From assembly GCF_009914755.1 (NCBI RefSeq), contig NC_060940.1: a DNA stretch of 64,000 nt, one strand, 5' to 3'. The notes under the pieces were generated by a model, which was not told where the DNA came from, did no database searches, and worked only from the letters and a program-made list of their open reading frames with translations. The position numbers and the translations under genes are program-made. Positions 33,359 through 52,167 of this stretch are shown one piece after another. Numbering within the stretch: the first letter of the stretch is position 1; every line of letters starts with the position of its first letter. The DNA comes from the human T2T-CHM13v2.0 reference genome, Homo sapiens.

Positions 33359-33681
33359 GTCTCAGGAGAAAGAGACAGAACTTCTTTCAGGGAGAAGGCA
33401 GGCTCTCCCTTTCAGGGAGAAGGCAGGTTAGATTCTTGAAGGAATAGTAGCTGTCCTGCAAAAATCTCAGGGCTTTTAAATAACAGGGCAAGTTTGGAAG
33501 AACTGAAAGTCGGGAGCCTAAGGCACTAAAACAGAAGGGAGTGACAGGAAATCAAGACCAGGCCATGAAGGACCCCAGGTGCGAGGTGTGGGGATGTTTA
33601 TTTAATCCCATATACACTGGAAATTTATTGAAGGATTTTTAAGCAGGAAGTTGATAGACTTATGCTTTAAAAAGATATTTT

Positions 33682-34290
33682 GGCCAGGTGCGGTGGCTCA
33701 CACCTGTAATCCCAGCACTTTGGGAGGCCAAGGCTGGAAGGTGGCTTGAGGTCAGGAGTTTGACACCAGCCTGGGCAATATAGTGAGGGCCAGTCTCTAG
33801 TAAAAAATGAAAAAATTATCTGGGTGTGATTGGACACACCTGTGATCCCAGCTACTGGGGAGGCTGAGACAGGAGGATCGAAAATCACTTGAGCCCAGGA
33901 GTTCAAGGCTGCAGTGAGCTATGATCATGCCACTGTACTCCACCCTGGGCAACAGAGTGAGACCCCCGACTCTAAAAAAGGAAAAAAAAGATTTTGGGCC
34001 AGGCGTGGTGGCTCACACCTGTAATCCCAGCACTTTGGGAGGCCGAGGCAGGTGGATCACTTGAGGTTAGGAGTTTGAGACCAGCCTGGCCAACATGGCG
34101 AAACCCTGTCTCTACTAAAAACACAAAAATTAGCTGGGCACGGTGGTGGGCACCTGTAATCCCAGCCACCTGGGAGGCTGAGGCACAGGAATCACTTGAA
34201 CCCAGGAGGCAGAAGTTGCAGTGAGCTGAGATCACTGACAGAGTGAGACTCTGTCCCAAAAGAATAAATAGTAATTTAAAAAAAATGAAA
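33682..34290 (+). mobile_element. Tandem AluJ + AluS
   Basis: Two consecutive Alu consensus copies. Confidence 0.88.
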
Positions 34291-35214
34291 AAGGTAGTTT
34301 TTGGCAGCAGTGGGTCATGGGGAGATGCTGAGAGACAGAAGAGAAAGGTCGATGTCAAAGGCCACCCTAGACACAAACAGCTGGGAATTCTGGCAATGGG
34401 AGAGTGGGATTCGAGGACACTATTGAAGAGTCTCCTTCCATGAAGCGCCCTGGTGACTCGCATCACCTCGCTTCTGCCAGGGCCCAGGAGCATCTGCCTC
34501 TGCTGCTCATTACAGTCTTCAGAAATGAGTTTTGCCCAAGACACATCCTAAAGTATCCCCTGGCTCTCTGGTCAGCCCATTGTGTGTCGTCTAGATCCAG
34601 ATGTGTCTTGGGGCTCAGTGACAAGGGATGGGACTTGCTTCACAAAAGCTACGCTTTCTACCCAGGGCAAGTGCTCACAGAAAGAAAAAGAAGTCAGAGG
34701 ATTTCCATGGGAGTTCCTGAGAACCGTGGACAACTAACACCTGGGAACAACTGGGGGCAGTTAGGAGGCCCAGCTCCAGCTTGGGGAGGAAACGGGCTTC
34801 AGGCCAGCAGCAGTTGGCAGGCAAGGAGGGTCCAGAGTCACCAAGCCCCGCACAGGACACAGAACTGGCCCCAAGCGGGATGGAGGGAGGGAGGGTGTCA
34901 CTTTGAAAGGTCTATTCTCCTAATCCCTAGGAAATGTTAGCTTTTTCCTAATTATAAGCCCTGCTTATAAAATTCTATCACCATTTCCTTATAACTGTAT
35001 ACAGGATAAGTTCTTCTCATTTTCCTCTCTTTTTGGTTTTGCTCCATTGCTTCCTATTTTTGTTCCAAACTTTTTCTCATACTCACATTGCCCTTAGGAG
35101 AAGCTCTTTTGCTAAAGTCACCTCTTCAGTCTTTGCGGGGAGGGAGGACATCCTTGGGCCAAGATCAGTAATAGCTTAGTTTCTAATCATTTTCCTCTTG
35201 CACTCAAGTTTTAA

Positions 35215-35545
<331 letters not shown>

Positions 35546-36339
35546 TAGCTGGTCCTGTTCTAATCTGCAGGGCTAAGACTACAGGGCAGGAATTACCAGT
35601 CATTGACATTTTCTGCCGTACAGCAAGTGATTTTCAGCCATGATGATGAGATGATCCTCATTGGATCTTTTTGGCACATCCAGAGGAAAAGCACTGTTAT
35701 TATGAATGGAAGATAAGGGGTTTTTCTGCTATTGCCACCCAAGGTTTGGCTTGAGTCATTACATACTTCCCAGAAGGTTCAGGGGACTTCCAAGGAAAAC
35801 CCACGAGCTGGCAAAGCATGCTTTCCCTTCAGGAAGAAAGCTATAAATGCCAAGAGTCTCCTTTGTGGCTACCCAATTTCTCTCCTAAAATCTACTCTCA
35901 CAGGTCTCTGGAGCCCTGGACGTAGAGAATAGTTTCTGATCAGTATGAAGGCTACCTTCATACATGTGTGATCTTACATACATGTGTGACGGTGTGTGAA
36001 CATAAAGGTCATCACTGAAGCACTTGAAATGGCAAAAGATTGGAAACAACTCATAAGCCCATCCATCAATGAGGAAACTGATTAAATAAACTGTGGTTAA
36101 TCCATATAATACTTCTTCGAAGCAACAATGAATGAGGAACTACTTTACGAACTGCCCTGGAATGCTCCCTAAGACATATTGACAACTAAAAATAAAGGGC
36201 AGCACAGAACAGATAACTTGAAATTTTTTTTTGATTTTTTTTTGCATTTTAAAGAGGAAAAAAATTAAGAACACATACACATTTGAATGTTCTTGTGTAC
36301 ACATAAAGCAACTGAAAAGACACATTAAAAATGAACTCA

Positions 36340-36651
36340 GGCCAGGCACAGTGGCTCATGCCTATATAATCCCAGCACTTTGGGAGGCTGAGGCGGGCAG
36401 ACAACTTGAGGTCAGGAGTTCGAGACCAGCCTGGCTAACATGGTGAAACCTCGTTTCTACTAAAAATACAAAAATTAGCCGGGCGTGGTGGTGTGCGCCT
36501 GTAGTCTCACCTACTCAGGGGGCTGAGGCAGGAGAATCACTTGAACCCGGGAGGCAGAGGTTTCAGTCAACCGAGATTGCGCCAGTGTGTACTGCAGCCT
36601 GGGCAACAGAGCAAGACTCTGTCTCAAAAAAAAAAAAAACAAAAAAAAAAA
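36340..36651 (+). mobile_element. AluS within an old L1 3' remnant (about 35950-36730)
   Basis: Alu consensus. Confidence 0.88.
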
Positions 36652-36656
36652 CGTAG

Positions 36657-36759
36657 TTGCTATGTGCGGCAAGTTGAGAAATGGGCAGGTGAGGTCAGGT
36701 GCTGGAAGTAGACTTTTCACTGTACATTGATGACAAAACACCAGCTAGCAGATAAATAG
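36657..36759 (+). repeat. 103-bp dispersed duplication, copy 1
   Basis: Ungapped match to 39097-39199, 9 mismatches. Confidence 0.92.
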
Positions 36760-36958
36760 CAGCTGTCAGTACGTAAAAAAGAGGGGACTGATTTGTCAGC
36801 TAGTAAAATTCTTAGGTTTTCTTTCCTCTGGAAAAATACTATGACCCCTTTAAAGATATGTCATTACCCATGTTTACAAATAGCTCTAGAAGTTTCCTAA
36901 TTTCTGACTACAGGCCTCCCTCACAGGCACAAGCGCTTGTCATAAGATTTCCCCTCCA

Positions 36959-37280
<322 letters not shown>

Positions 37281-37439
37281 TTAAAAGCCTGGGGTGTGTC
37301 AGGCTGGCTGCAGGCTGGCAGGCACTCCTTTCCCTCCTGCATACAGAATCTGAGAAAACGCTTGTTTTAAATTCTGAGTCTGTAGAAACTTTTCAAAATA
37401 ATTTGAATCATGTGACTATTACCTATTAAAAACTTTTTA

Positions 37440-37915
<476 letters not shown>

Positions 37916-37981
37916 TTTAAATAATTGGTATAAGACCTGCCACCACAAAAACAGCTGACCCCCAAATCCAGCCCCACTTAC

Positions 37982-38672
<691 letters not shown>

Positions 38673-38774
38673 TAATATACTTACTTTGTTGGACCAAGAT
38701 ACTTTACTATCACCTACAAAAAACATTTTGAAAATAAATATCTAAATTCTTGATGGGATGGCACTCCCTAGGGT

Positions 38775-39410
38775 TGTGTGATACACACTTGCCCAACTGC
38801 ACTGAGCTGCCTTGAGTAGGTTGTCCCACGTAATCAAGTATGCCTCAAGCAGCAGTGTGGGAGTCATGGGCCACAAGTGTCCCCAGTGAGAGTGATACAG
38901 TTCTGAGATCTGTAGCACTTAGGTTGGCTTGCCACACTTTCTTAGAGTTGGCAGGTAAGGAGACACTAATAGCTCAAATAACTCTAATTCAGCTCAAATA
39001 GATTCAGATAGTTTATTACCTACACAGATACAAGGTCGACATTGGATCAACTCCCCATGGCCTTGGTCCCATGGGATGACACCAAATCAGAAGGATTTGC
39101 TATCTAGGGCAAGGTGAGAAATGGGCAGGTGAGGTCAGGTGCTAGACGTAGACTTTTCACTCTACACTGATGGCAAAACACCAGCTAGCAGATAAATAGA
39201 TGACAGGCACCATGAGCACCTGGCTCTGCCTTTGAGGAGACAATTCCAACTAAAGCCAAGCAGTTGCACAGCCTGCAGCCCTATCTTTTGAGGGACTGGA
39301 GTGGAAAGTCCTGTGCTTAACTGCAGTGAGGGAGGGAGATGAGACACAGTCTTGGTTGCAGTCTCCCTTATGATGGAGGGATGGCTAAGCAGTGGCTTCG
39401 AGGCAGTTCT
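38775..39410 (-). mobile_element. Old ERV(L)-type LTR remnant
   Basis: Minus-strand GTGTAGGTAATAAACTATCTGAATC; family uncertain. Confidence 0.4.
39097..39199 (+). repeat. 103-bp dispersed duplication, copy 2
   Basis: Ungapped match to 36657-36759. Confidence 0.92.
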
Positions 39411-39469
39411 TCACTAGGTAGCTTATCTCCCTCTGTCTCTGCAGGAATCACAAGCCATTCCTCCAAGAC

Positions 39470-39651
39470 TTGAGTCAGACTGAGGTGACGCCTCCCCTGG
39501 GTGGCCTGTCTGAAGACATCCTTGTCATCAGGGCACCATGATGGAGACATTTCCTTATGTTGATTAAATATGGTTGAGTTCAGATATTTTTGGTAAACCA
39601 ATGGGCAACGTGGCTTGGTTTAGAAAGACCAGGAAGGAGGAATTAAAGACC
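39470..39651 (-). pseudogene. Candidate downstream exon of the vWA pseudogene, inside CHST4 intron 1 (phase 1-0)
   Basis: gttctccttcag|SLIPPSWSF*TKPRCPLVYQKYLNSTIFNQHKEMSPSWCPDDKDVFRQATQGRRHLSLTQ|gtcttg; the donor is weak. Confidence 0.4.
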
Positions 39652-39684
39652 CTGAAGGAGAACATATCAACACACTAAGTGTAA

Positions 39685-41037
<1,353 letters not shown>

Positions 41038-41693
41038 GAGGGTTGAGAAGGCTTTGCTGCCACCTGGTGTCAGCCTCAGTCACTTTCTCTGAATGCTTCT
41101 GAGCCTTGCCTACATCTCTGAGCCTTAACTACATGTCTGTGGGTATCACACTGAGTGTGAGTTGTGTCCACACGTGCTCAAGCAGAAGGACTTTTGTGTC
41201 CATGCTTGTGTCTAGAAAACAGACTGGGGAACCTTATGTGAGCAGCACATCCCACCAGTGAAACAGGGTATTGCTCTTCTTCTTTTCTTGATCTTCCTGT
41301 CTGGGCAGACTTCAGAGACTTTGTGGCCTGGAGGCCTATTAAGCACGACACAGTATCAGTGGAATTGATCCATAAACCTCCCTGTCCACATCTTGCCCAA
41401 TGGGGAATGGATCTTTCACCAAAGAGCTCACCAGCATTTTCCACAGAGATGCAAATTCTGAGCCCTTGGAGTTCCCAGTGGATTCAAGGAAGGAAGTGGG
41501 AACAAGGTTGGATGCCTACTTATGAGCTTGACCATCACAGCTATCGGTAATCAGAAATATGAAACAAAATCTCTGCACAAAAGAGCAAGCTCTTAAGTTC
41601 ACAGGGTGCCTGGGCTGCATTTGAATATCACTTCCCCTCTGCATTTTCCCATCACATAGAAGACTTTGACCTGTGAAGCTGCCATCTGTTAAT

Positions 41694-41761
41694 ACTAAAA
41701 TTCCCAAATAAGGTTCTGTTTAGAATGTCCCTTTTTATGCTTCTTAATTATTAGCAGTAAA
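41694..41761 (+). terminator. Candidate non-canonical poly(A) signals of CHST4 (ACTAAA 41694, AGTAAA 41756)
   Basis: No AATAAA/ATTAAA was seen between the stop and 43211. The variants are followed by U-rich sequence. Confidence 0.4.
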
Positions 41762-42284
41762 TGTTCATTTTTATGGGATCCTAAGCTAAGAATAGATGTA
41801 ATCATCTTTATTGGTTTTTTAAAACACCTTTGCTATTATCTATCACCCATTTATACAGAAAATTGCTAAGATAATATTTGGTTTCAGATGATGAACTAAG
41901 TCTATACCCTCTTAAGAATTGGTGGAAAATAGACAATTAGCAGCTAAGCCCTTTCTTTCTTGTGTGAGGTATAAGTTGTGATAACGCCATATGTGTCACC
42001 CTAGGGTCTGGGAAGAGAGTTCTTTTACTCTGATCCCTCAGCCAGAGGACCTCAGTTCTAGTATGACTGGTGCTATTTAGCTCCTCCTGGCCACTTCTCC
42101 TAATAAGAAAAGTTGTTACTCCCGATCTCGGCAGGAGCCCCCAGATCTAGTTTTACAATAGAATTTCACCTGTTAAAAAATGCAGATTGCCAGGCACTAC
42201 CACAAATCTGCTAGAATCAGAATCCCCCAGTATGGGGGCTGGAGTTCTGGTGACTCTTCCATGGCTAGCCTGGCACTAGCGCAC

Positions 42285-42646
42285 CTTGCACCAGGCAGCA
42301 ACACTGTTCGCCTTCTTGCTCTAAGAAAGGTGATTCTTCCACAAATGCAGAGTATGTATGCCACTTGCTCTTGCCACTGGTGCTGTCCTTGGGTTGGAAA
42401 GAATAGAAAGAAGCTCCCTATATGTCTGGAATTCCATGGACCTCTGAGTCCTGACTTTTAAATGTTTCACTTTGTCCAAGTCTGAGAGATTGTGTCATTT
42501 TCTCTTTCTTTTTGTTTCCACCTTTTGACGAGCTTCATAAAGCTTCCTGGATGTCAGGTCAGAACTCTCGCACTCCATTCGGCCGAGTAGTGATTGAGCT
42601 TCTCCACTGCCTGAGATACTTGAGTAGCTACTTTTCCTAGCTCGGT
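42285..42646 (-). pseudogene. vWA pseudogene exon 7 (119 codons after removing a 5-bp CTGAC duplication)
   Basis: ttcaacag|TELGKVATQVSQAVEKLNHYSAEWSARVLTSRKLYEARQKVETKRKRK*HNLSDLDKVKHLK...YRELLSILSNP...HLS*SKKANSVAAWCK|gtgcgc. Confidence 0.7.
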
Positions 42647-42771
42647 CTGTTGAAGTTAATTTATATTTGGCTTCAAAGAAGCTAATTTATTCTAATGTCC
42701 AAATCTTTAAAAACTCCTAAGAGCCTAGGATCTCCCAGGCAAATGCTTGCCTCTACAAGGCAAATGTTTAC

Positions 42772-43009
42772 CTCCTAAACAGTGTCAGAGTAAAATTTCC
42801 CAGCATTGAAAATAAGACCAGAACAGCAGATGACAGTGTGAATAGAGTGAAGAGGGCCATTGAGGGAACAGACAGTGGTAGACTCAACCACCTCTGATTT
42901 CCCTTCTGAAAGTCCAGTGTCTGTCTGGATTGTTTTAAAGTTAGCAACCTCTTTATGAGCCATCCCTGTGTGATGCCTGCTTGTCCTTCTCCAAAAAAAT
43001 CACCCCATC
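42772..43009 (-). pseudogene. vWA pseudogene exon 6 (phase 0-0, one +1 frameshift, one stop)
   Basis: tctcttttcttgtatcag|DGVIFLEKDKQASHR/MAHKEVANFKTIQTD...GKFYSDTV*E|gtaaac. Confidence 0.7.
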
Positions 43010-43491
43010 CTGATACAAGAAAAGAGACTAGCCACACAGAAGTCTCAGAGTCTTATTCAAGATCCACTTTAGAACAGCTTTAAATTTCCTGCATTCCAAG
43101 TCTGAGATATCCAATGAGGTCCAGAATCTAAGAGCCACACCCTTGAAGAAAATATCTGTGCTCTCTGATAGAGTAGCCACTAGCCACCAGTAGTTGTTTA
43201 GATTTAAGTTAATAAAAATTTAATAAATTTTTAGCTCCTCAGTCACACTAGCCACATTTCAAGGACCCAATAGCTGCGTGAGGCTAGTGGCTACTGTATT
43301 GGACAGCATAGATATAATGTCCACCATTGCAAAAGTTTGATTGGACAATTCTGGTCTAAATTCATTTTTATATGTGTATCATCTAATCCCTAATTCAGCC
43401 CCATCCTCCTAGGCCAAAAAGTTTAAAGAATATATAATATCATGGCATTTTTATATAGCATAGAGTGCATAATATAAAATCATGCTATATA

Positions 43492-44090
<599 letters not shown>

Positions 44091-44401
44091 CTAGATTAGG
44101 GGTGAATTGATCATATTTCTCAAAGCTGATTTTTAGGGTTTAGGGAATGAGCTTCTCTCAAGTCTAATGTAACCATAACAGCCTGAATTGCCTAATTGCA
44201 ATACAGCAATAGATTTCTTTACAAAATGCCAAACTAGGCAACTGCTCCAAGTCCTATGTTTGCAACTGGGAGTCGGGGGGTGGAGGTCTCAAACTTTATA
44301 AATAATTATCTGGATGGTGAGAAGGGAATGTGTTTGAGGCAAAAGGGTGCCAACAGTAACTTAACTACTTTTCTATCTATAGTTACTATGTGGCTCCATT
44401 T

Positions 44402-44725
44402 TATTTGTTTTTTTGTTTGTTTGTTTGTTTGTTTGTTTGTTGAGATGCGTTCTCACTCTGTCACCCAGACTAGAGTCCTGTGGCACGATCTCTGCTCACT
44501 GCAACTTCTGCCTCCTGGGCTCAAGCAATTCCCCCTGCCTCAGCCTCTCGAGTAGCTGAGATTACACGCGTCTGCCACTACGCCCGGCTAATTTTTGTAT
44601 GTTTTAGTACAGACGGGCTTTCGCCATGTTGGTCAGACTGGTCTTGAACTCCTGACCTCAGGTGATCTGCCTGCCTTGTCCTCCCAAAATGCTGGGATTA
44701 CAGGCATGAGCCACTGTGCCCAGCC
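44402..44725 (-). mobile_element. AluS with (TTTG)n tail
   Basis: TSD gtggct(c/t)catttt. Confidence 0.9.
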
Positions 44726-45035
44726 GTGGCTTCATTTTCTATAGAATGAGAGCAGTTGCTAAGTTTTTAATACATTTTCATTAAAACTACATTTTTTCAA
44801 CTTATGAATAGTGGTTATGGAGAAAGATAGAATCAACTTCTGTTAATTTTTATGCAAAAATCTGCCATTGAATTGTCCATAATATGTTTCTCAAAATATC
44901 ATTTATAATTTATTATGTGATTTAGACCCAAGCTAAATATAAATTAACTTCATTAACTATGTACATTATCATGACACTGTTGAATTACTTTCACAGACTG
45001 ACAAAGCAAAATTAAAAATAAACTCTGTAAGTGAC

Positions 45036-45136
45036 CTAGTCCAGTTAACAATAAACCTCTGACAGGCATTAGTCGAGGATCCCCAATCCATTGCCCCTTG
45101 TGTCAAGGGTTATGCCCCACTTCTGGATAAAGGTGC
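45036..45136 (-). pseudogene. vWA pseudogene exon 4 (phase 1-2, one +1 frameshift)
   Basis: ctgaatgaccag|GTFIQKWGIT/LTQGAMDWGSSTNACQRFIVNWT AG|gtcact; resembles the xxIxLTDG motif. Confidence 0.55.
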
Positions 45137-46053
45137 CTGGTCATTCAGAGAAAGGTTTTTTTGTGTTTTTTGTTTTGTTTTGTTTTTTTCAATGCAGTGA
45201 TGAGGAAAAGTAGTAACCAATAACCAGAGTAAGGAAATTTGAATATAGCACTTGGCTAAGGGATGTATTCATTTTTTCCACACACTTAATGGGCATCTAC
45301 TATATGCCTAGGAATGTTCTAGGTGCTGTGGATACAGCAGCAAACACAACAGGCAAAGCCTCTCCTTTCATACAACAGACATTTTAGTCTGTTGGGGGCA
45401 AGAGAACAAAAAATATATGTCAGATGCTAAGTACTATAAAGAAAAATAAGGGGAAGGGGCTTGGCAGTGAAGGAGGGTGCTATTCTACAGAGGCAATAGG
45501 AGACTTCTTCGCAGAGAACGTGGGATTGCAGCAGAGACCACCTCCAAGTAAAGGAGGTTGCCATGCAGAGATCTAGGGGCAGAGTGCCCCAGTAGATGCC
45601 AATGTCAGTATGGACAGAATCAATGAGTCTAATGAGAACCTATTGTGTGCTTGGTACTGTGCTGCGTGCGCCCCCTGGAGGATAAGGAAGTAGAACCGTG
45701 ACGGTAAGACAGAGAGGTTATGCACTCCCGAGCGCTGGGGCACTGGAACCGGGCTGCCTGGGTGACTCCACTATTACCAGCTACGTGACCTCAGGCAAGT
45801 TCCTCAACATCCCCATGTCTTAAATCCCTCAAGTATAGAGTGGGTGGAAACAGCAGGACGACTCCTTGGAGTTACTGGAAGGGCTAATGAGTCAGTGTGT
45901 GGAACGTCCTTAGCGAGCACTCACTCAGCATTAGCTGTGAATATCATGATTACAATGCTTTTCTCCCATTTCTGATCTGAACCCTTCTATGGCATTTCTG
46001 ATCATGCTGAAATGATGAGATTTATACTTCCTGATCTTCTAGGTTCTCTACAT

Positions 46054-46665
<612 letters not shown>

Positions 46666-47269
46666 CTCTACACCAACCAGGGATAAGGATAAAGAGCTGA
46701 TGACTCAAATGGATTTCCCTTTCATCTCATCCAACCTCATTCAAACGCATGTGCCACCAGCCCAAATGTCCTGACTGGGGAGATATAACCAGGGCTTTTT
46801 GATACCCACTCCATTAGTAACCATCTCAAAAGGATAGTTGGTAGAGTAGCTGTTACAAAACTACAGAGCTGCGTCACACGAGGTGAACCAAGAAAAGACT
46901 CAGGAGAGGAAGTGAGGTGCAGCCAGCCTTCCTGGGACCAGTCACTCGCTGTGCCTTAACTAGTCATGGCTCATGTCCACCCTAATTCAGGCACCTGTGG
47001 CCAGAAGAGGAAAGGGTTTAAAGAGGCAAAACATGATCATTTAGGGCCTCGGGTAAAACGGGCAGGATGAATGAAGCCTGAAGCAAATGTGCTGGACAAA
47101 CATGTGTGACTGGAAACAGAGACACCATTCACGAATGCCAAAAAGCTCTGTAGGCACTGCAAGATTGAGATCAGTGTTTCTCAACCTTTTTTTATTTTTT
47201 TTCCTCATTATCATCCCCAACCACTACTCCAGCGAGCCTTGTAGACATTGTTTTCCTAATCGCCACCTA

Positions 47270-47617
<348 letters not shown>

Positions 47618-47934
47618 ATATACTGTCGATTTGTTTATGTATTGTAGCCCTTTGAAGGACTACAAACCATTGTAATATCTAAGGGTTCTTGCCCCCTGCC
47701 CAAGAACCAACTTTTACCACTCCATGGTCACTTCCCTTGAGAATGTATGATTTAATCCACTGTCCCTAATTTTTTCAGCTCCTTCCCCAGCCCCTCTCTT
47801 TTTTTCTCGACATATCTTTTCATCTGTCAAACCCCCAACTATGTTCCTTGCTCAACAATAATTAATTGTGATTAAGCAAATCACACATAGGAGAGCAATT
47901 TTCAAACTGTAAAGACCTATGACAATGTCAGTTA

Positions 47935-48533
<599 letters not shown>

Positions 48534-48650
48534 CTAAAAGGGCAATAAGGAGGCTAGTTTATTGTTTGTGTTTTAATGACAGAAACGTACATTTCATTAA
48601 AACACATGCAGTAAGCACATGATGCTGCTCTTCATGAAGAACGAGGTACA

Positions 48651-49117
<467 letters not shown>

Positions 49118-49190
49118 CTGGATGCAAATAAACTTGAAAAACTTGATTATGTTGAATTTAACTGGAGTTATATTAAGAAAGGAGTAGAGT

Positions 49191-49409
49191 GGCTGGGTGT
49201 GGTGGCTCATGCCTGTAATCCCAGCACTTTGGGAGGCCAAGGCAGGCAGATCACAAGGTCAAGAGATTGAGACCATCCTGGCCAACATGGTGAAACCCTG
49301 TCTCTACTAAAAATACAAAAATTAGCTGGGCATGGTGGCACGCACCTGTAGTCCCAGCTATTCGGGAGGCTGAGGCAGGGGAATCGCATGAACCTGGAAG
49401 GCAGAGGTT
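49191..49409 (+). mobile_element. AluSc, 3'-truncated
   Basis: Alu consensus. Confidence 0.85.
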
Positions 49410-49479
49410 AAATACAGAGACCCACACGCTAGGGAAGTTTACTTCACATGTAATTTATAATCACCTACCTCACTTTATG

Positions 49480-51184
49480 GACCACCTCATTCCTCATCTT
49501 CCGACCACATTTCTTCTCCTCCTTCCTAGTGGGGAAAAAAAAGTTAACAGACAGCAACTTCTTAACTCTCCAATGCCAAACGTATAAATTCCCTTCATAG
49601 CCCGTCTTTCCTCTTCTATCACATGGTACAGATGTTCCATATGCTGTTGGCGGCCAGTCCCACCATCACGGCTTTGCATTCCATCCTCTCCCACCTTCTC
49701 AAGAACTGTACATTTTTAATATTCACTTCTTCTTTGCTGAACTTCTCTTCCACTAAATCCTTCTCTTTGGCTTTTTTAACCTAATGATCTTCCTTCTTGA
49801 AAAAAATCCCCCTCGTTCCTATATCCTGATACAGCTACTAGCCTCTCTCTCTTCACTTTCACGACCAAACTGCCCTAAAGCGTTGTCTACATTCATGGGC
49901 CTTATTTTCTACCTTCCATTTCCTCCTCAACCCACTCCAATCTGGATTTTGCTCCCTACTGTCCCCTGAACCAGCTCCAGAAAACAATAAAAATTAAATT
50001 CCATGGTGCCCACTCACTCCAACAGATATTTTCCAATTCTCATTTCACCTGAACGCTCGGCAACAATTAACCTTATTGACCATTTTCTCCTTAAAACACT
50101 GTATCCCAATTTTTCTTCCATTTCTCTGGACACTTCTCAGTGTTTTATAGAAGATTCTCTTCTGCATAGCTATTAAAAATTGGAGTTCCTCAAGGCTCAG
50201 GCATAGAACAGCCTCTTCTTTTTCACTGTAGGCTTTCCTTTTAGACAATCTCACCCCTGCCCACGATTTTGAACACCACTTGTATGTGGATGACTTGCAA
50301 ATGTATATCCCCAGCTCAGGCTTCTCTGAGTTCCAGATCTGTATATCCTATCACTGATTTGACATCTCAGAAGACCCTCAGATTCAGTGTCCAAACACTG
50401 CATTCATGATTTTCCCCCTCCTCCAGACTAGACCATGCCAAGCATCCTCATCCTTCCTGGGTCTCTTTCCCACCTTTCAACTTGTTGCCAAATCCAAAAC
50501 CTGGATTTTGCCCTTGACTTCTTCCCCCAGTCATTCACCAAGAACTGTTGATTCTACCTGGTCAGCATTTAAGTTCATCTGCTTCTCTTTTTCCTCAACC
50601 TCCTCCTCCCTGCCTTGTTCCTGCCACCATCACCTCTTCCCTGAACCACTGTCTGTCATCCTGCCTCCAAACTGCCAACATCAATCCAGTATCTACACTG
50701 TCTTAAAAATTCAGAAAGTCTAAATTGCTTTAATGTCATTTAGAAAGCTGCATTCATTATCTGACCCTTGTCTCCCTCTCTTATCCCTCCTTCTTGGACT
50801 CTACTTTCTACCCATCTCATATTTGTAGATCTATCAAGTTACCACATACACACCTTCCTCTGGATTTTATATCATGCTATTTCTCCTACCTGGAGTACCC
50901 TACTTTGTCCCACTCCTAACTTCTCTGGCTAATATTTTTGATCCTCCAAGTTTCAACATCTCTGAAAGTCTTGCCTGCCTTGCCTCCCAACTCCCTGTGG
51001 GAAGCCACTGCTGTGTGATTTCTATAATCACAGCATTTACCACACTGTTATAAAACCATTCAATTTGCATGTTCTTTGAACTCTCTGAGGGAAAAGACTG
51101 TCTTATTTGCTGCGGTATAATCAATGCCTAGCATAGTACCTGGCACATAGTAGGCACTCAATAAATGTCTGTTTAATGAATGAA
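49480..51184 (+). mobile_element. L2a long remnant with 3' end
   Basis: Ends GGCACATAGTAGGCACTCAATAAATGTCTGTTTAATGAATGAA. Confidence 0.8.
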
Positions 51185-51532
51185 GACCTTGATTCTATCT
51201 GCATTATATGTAAAGGGCTCATCCTTTATATAGTATTTAGGGGGAAAAAAAGCATATTCAGCCAATAACAGAAGCTTTTACTCTGAGAAACACAGTGACA
51301 TCCTTACAGATCCAGATAAGACAGAGCCACCATTTAAAAGTTTCCTCTTTGAGAGAAATAAGGGAAGCTGAATCTTAAAGCCAACAGCTCAGAAGTGCTG
51401 GGTCGAGTAAGGTAGCAGGTGAGGGGGTGGGCAAAGCAGAGATTCGAAAACTGAAGTTGACTTGTATTTTTAATAATAATATTGTGGCAAGACAGGCTGA
51501 AAATTATGGCTGGTTTTCTGAAGAGCTGCATG

Positions 51533-52167
51533 GGTCAGAGGTGTTTGAACCAGAGTGACTCCATCTTGAATAGGGGCTGGACAAAATAAGGCTAAGACCT
51601 ATGGGGCTGCATTCCCAGGAGGTTAGGCATTCCTAGTCACAGGATGTGATAGGAGGTCAGCACAAGATACAGGTCATAAAGACTCTGCTGATAAAACAGG
51701 ATGTAGTAAAGAAGCACGCCAAAATCCACCAAAACCAAGATGGTGATGAAAGTGGCCTCTGGTCATCCTCACTGCTCATTATACATGAATTATAATGTAT
51801 TAGCATGCTAGAAGACACTCCAACCAGCATCATGACAGCTGACAAATGCCATGGCAACACCTGGAAGTTGCTCTATATGGTCTAAAGGGAAGAGGAACCC
51901 TCAGTTCCAGGAATTGCCTGCCCCTTTCCCGAAACACTCATGAATAATCCACCCCTTGTTTAGCATATGATCAAGAAATAACTATAAGTATACTCAGTCA
52001 AGCAGCCCATGCCGCTCTTCTGCCTACGGAGTAGCCATTCTTTTGTTCCTTTACTTTCTTAATAAACTAGCTTTCACTTTGCTCTATGGACTCACCCTGA
52101 ATTCTTTCTTGCGTGAGGTCCAAGAATACTATCTTAGGGTCTGGATCAGGACCCCTTTCCGGTAACA
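51533..52167 (+). mobile_element. MER41B solo LTR
   Basis: GTCAGAGGTGTTTGAACCAGAG...CCTTTCCGGTAACA, 635 bp, TSD CATG (51529-51532 / 52168-52171). Confidence 0.9.

Noticed and set aside
34404-34940. 178-aa plus-strand ORF
   Set aside because: GTG start, no motif, intronic; consistent with chance in GC-richer DNA.
42286-42305. CCCLVQ CaaX-like C-terminus for the pseudogene
   Set aside because: On recount it lies in a different frame from exon 7, which ends at a phase-0 donor.
46735-46850. Minus-strand QDIWAGGT as a further vWA exon
   Set aside because: It is not needed by the phase chain, is in the wrong position relative to TDLG, and may be LTR-derived.
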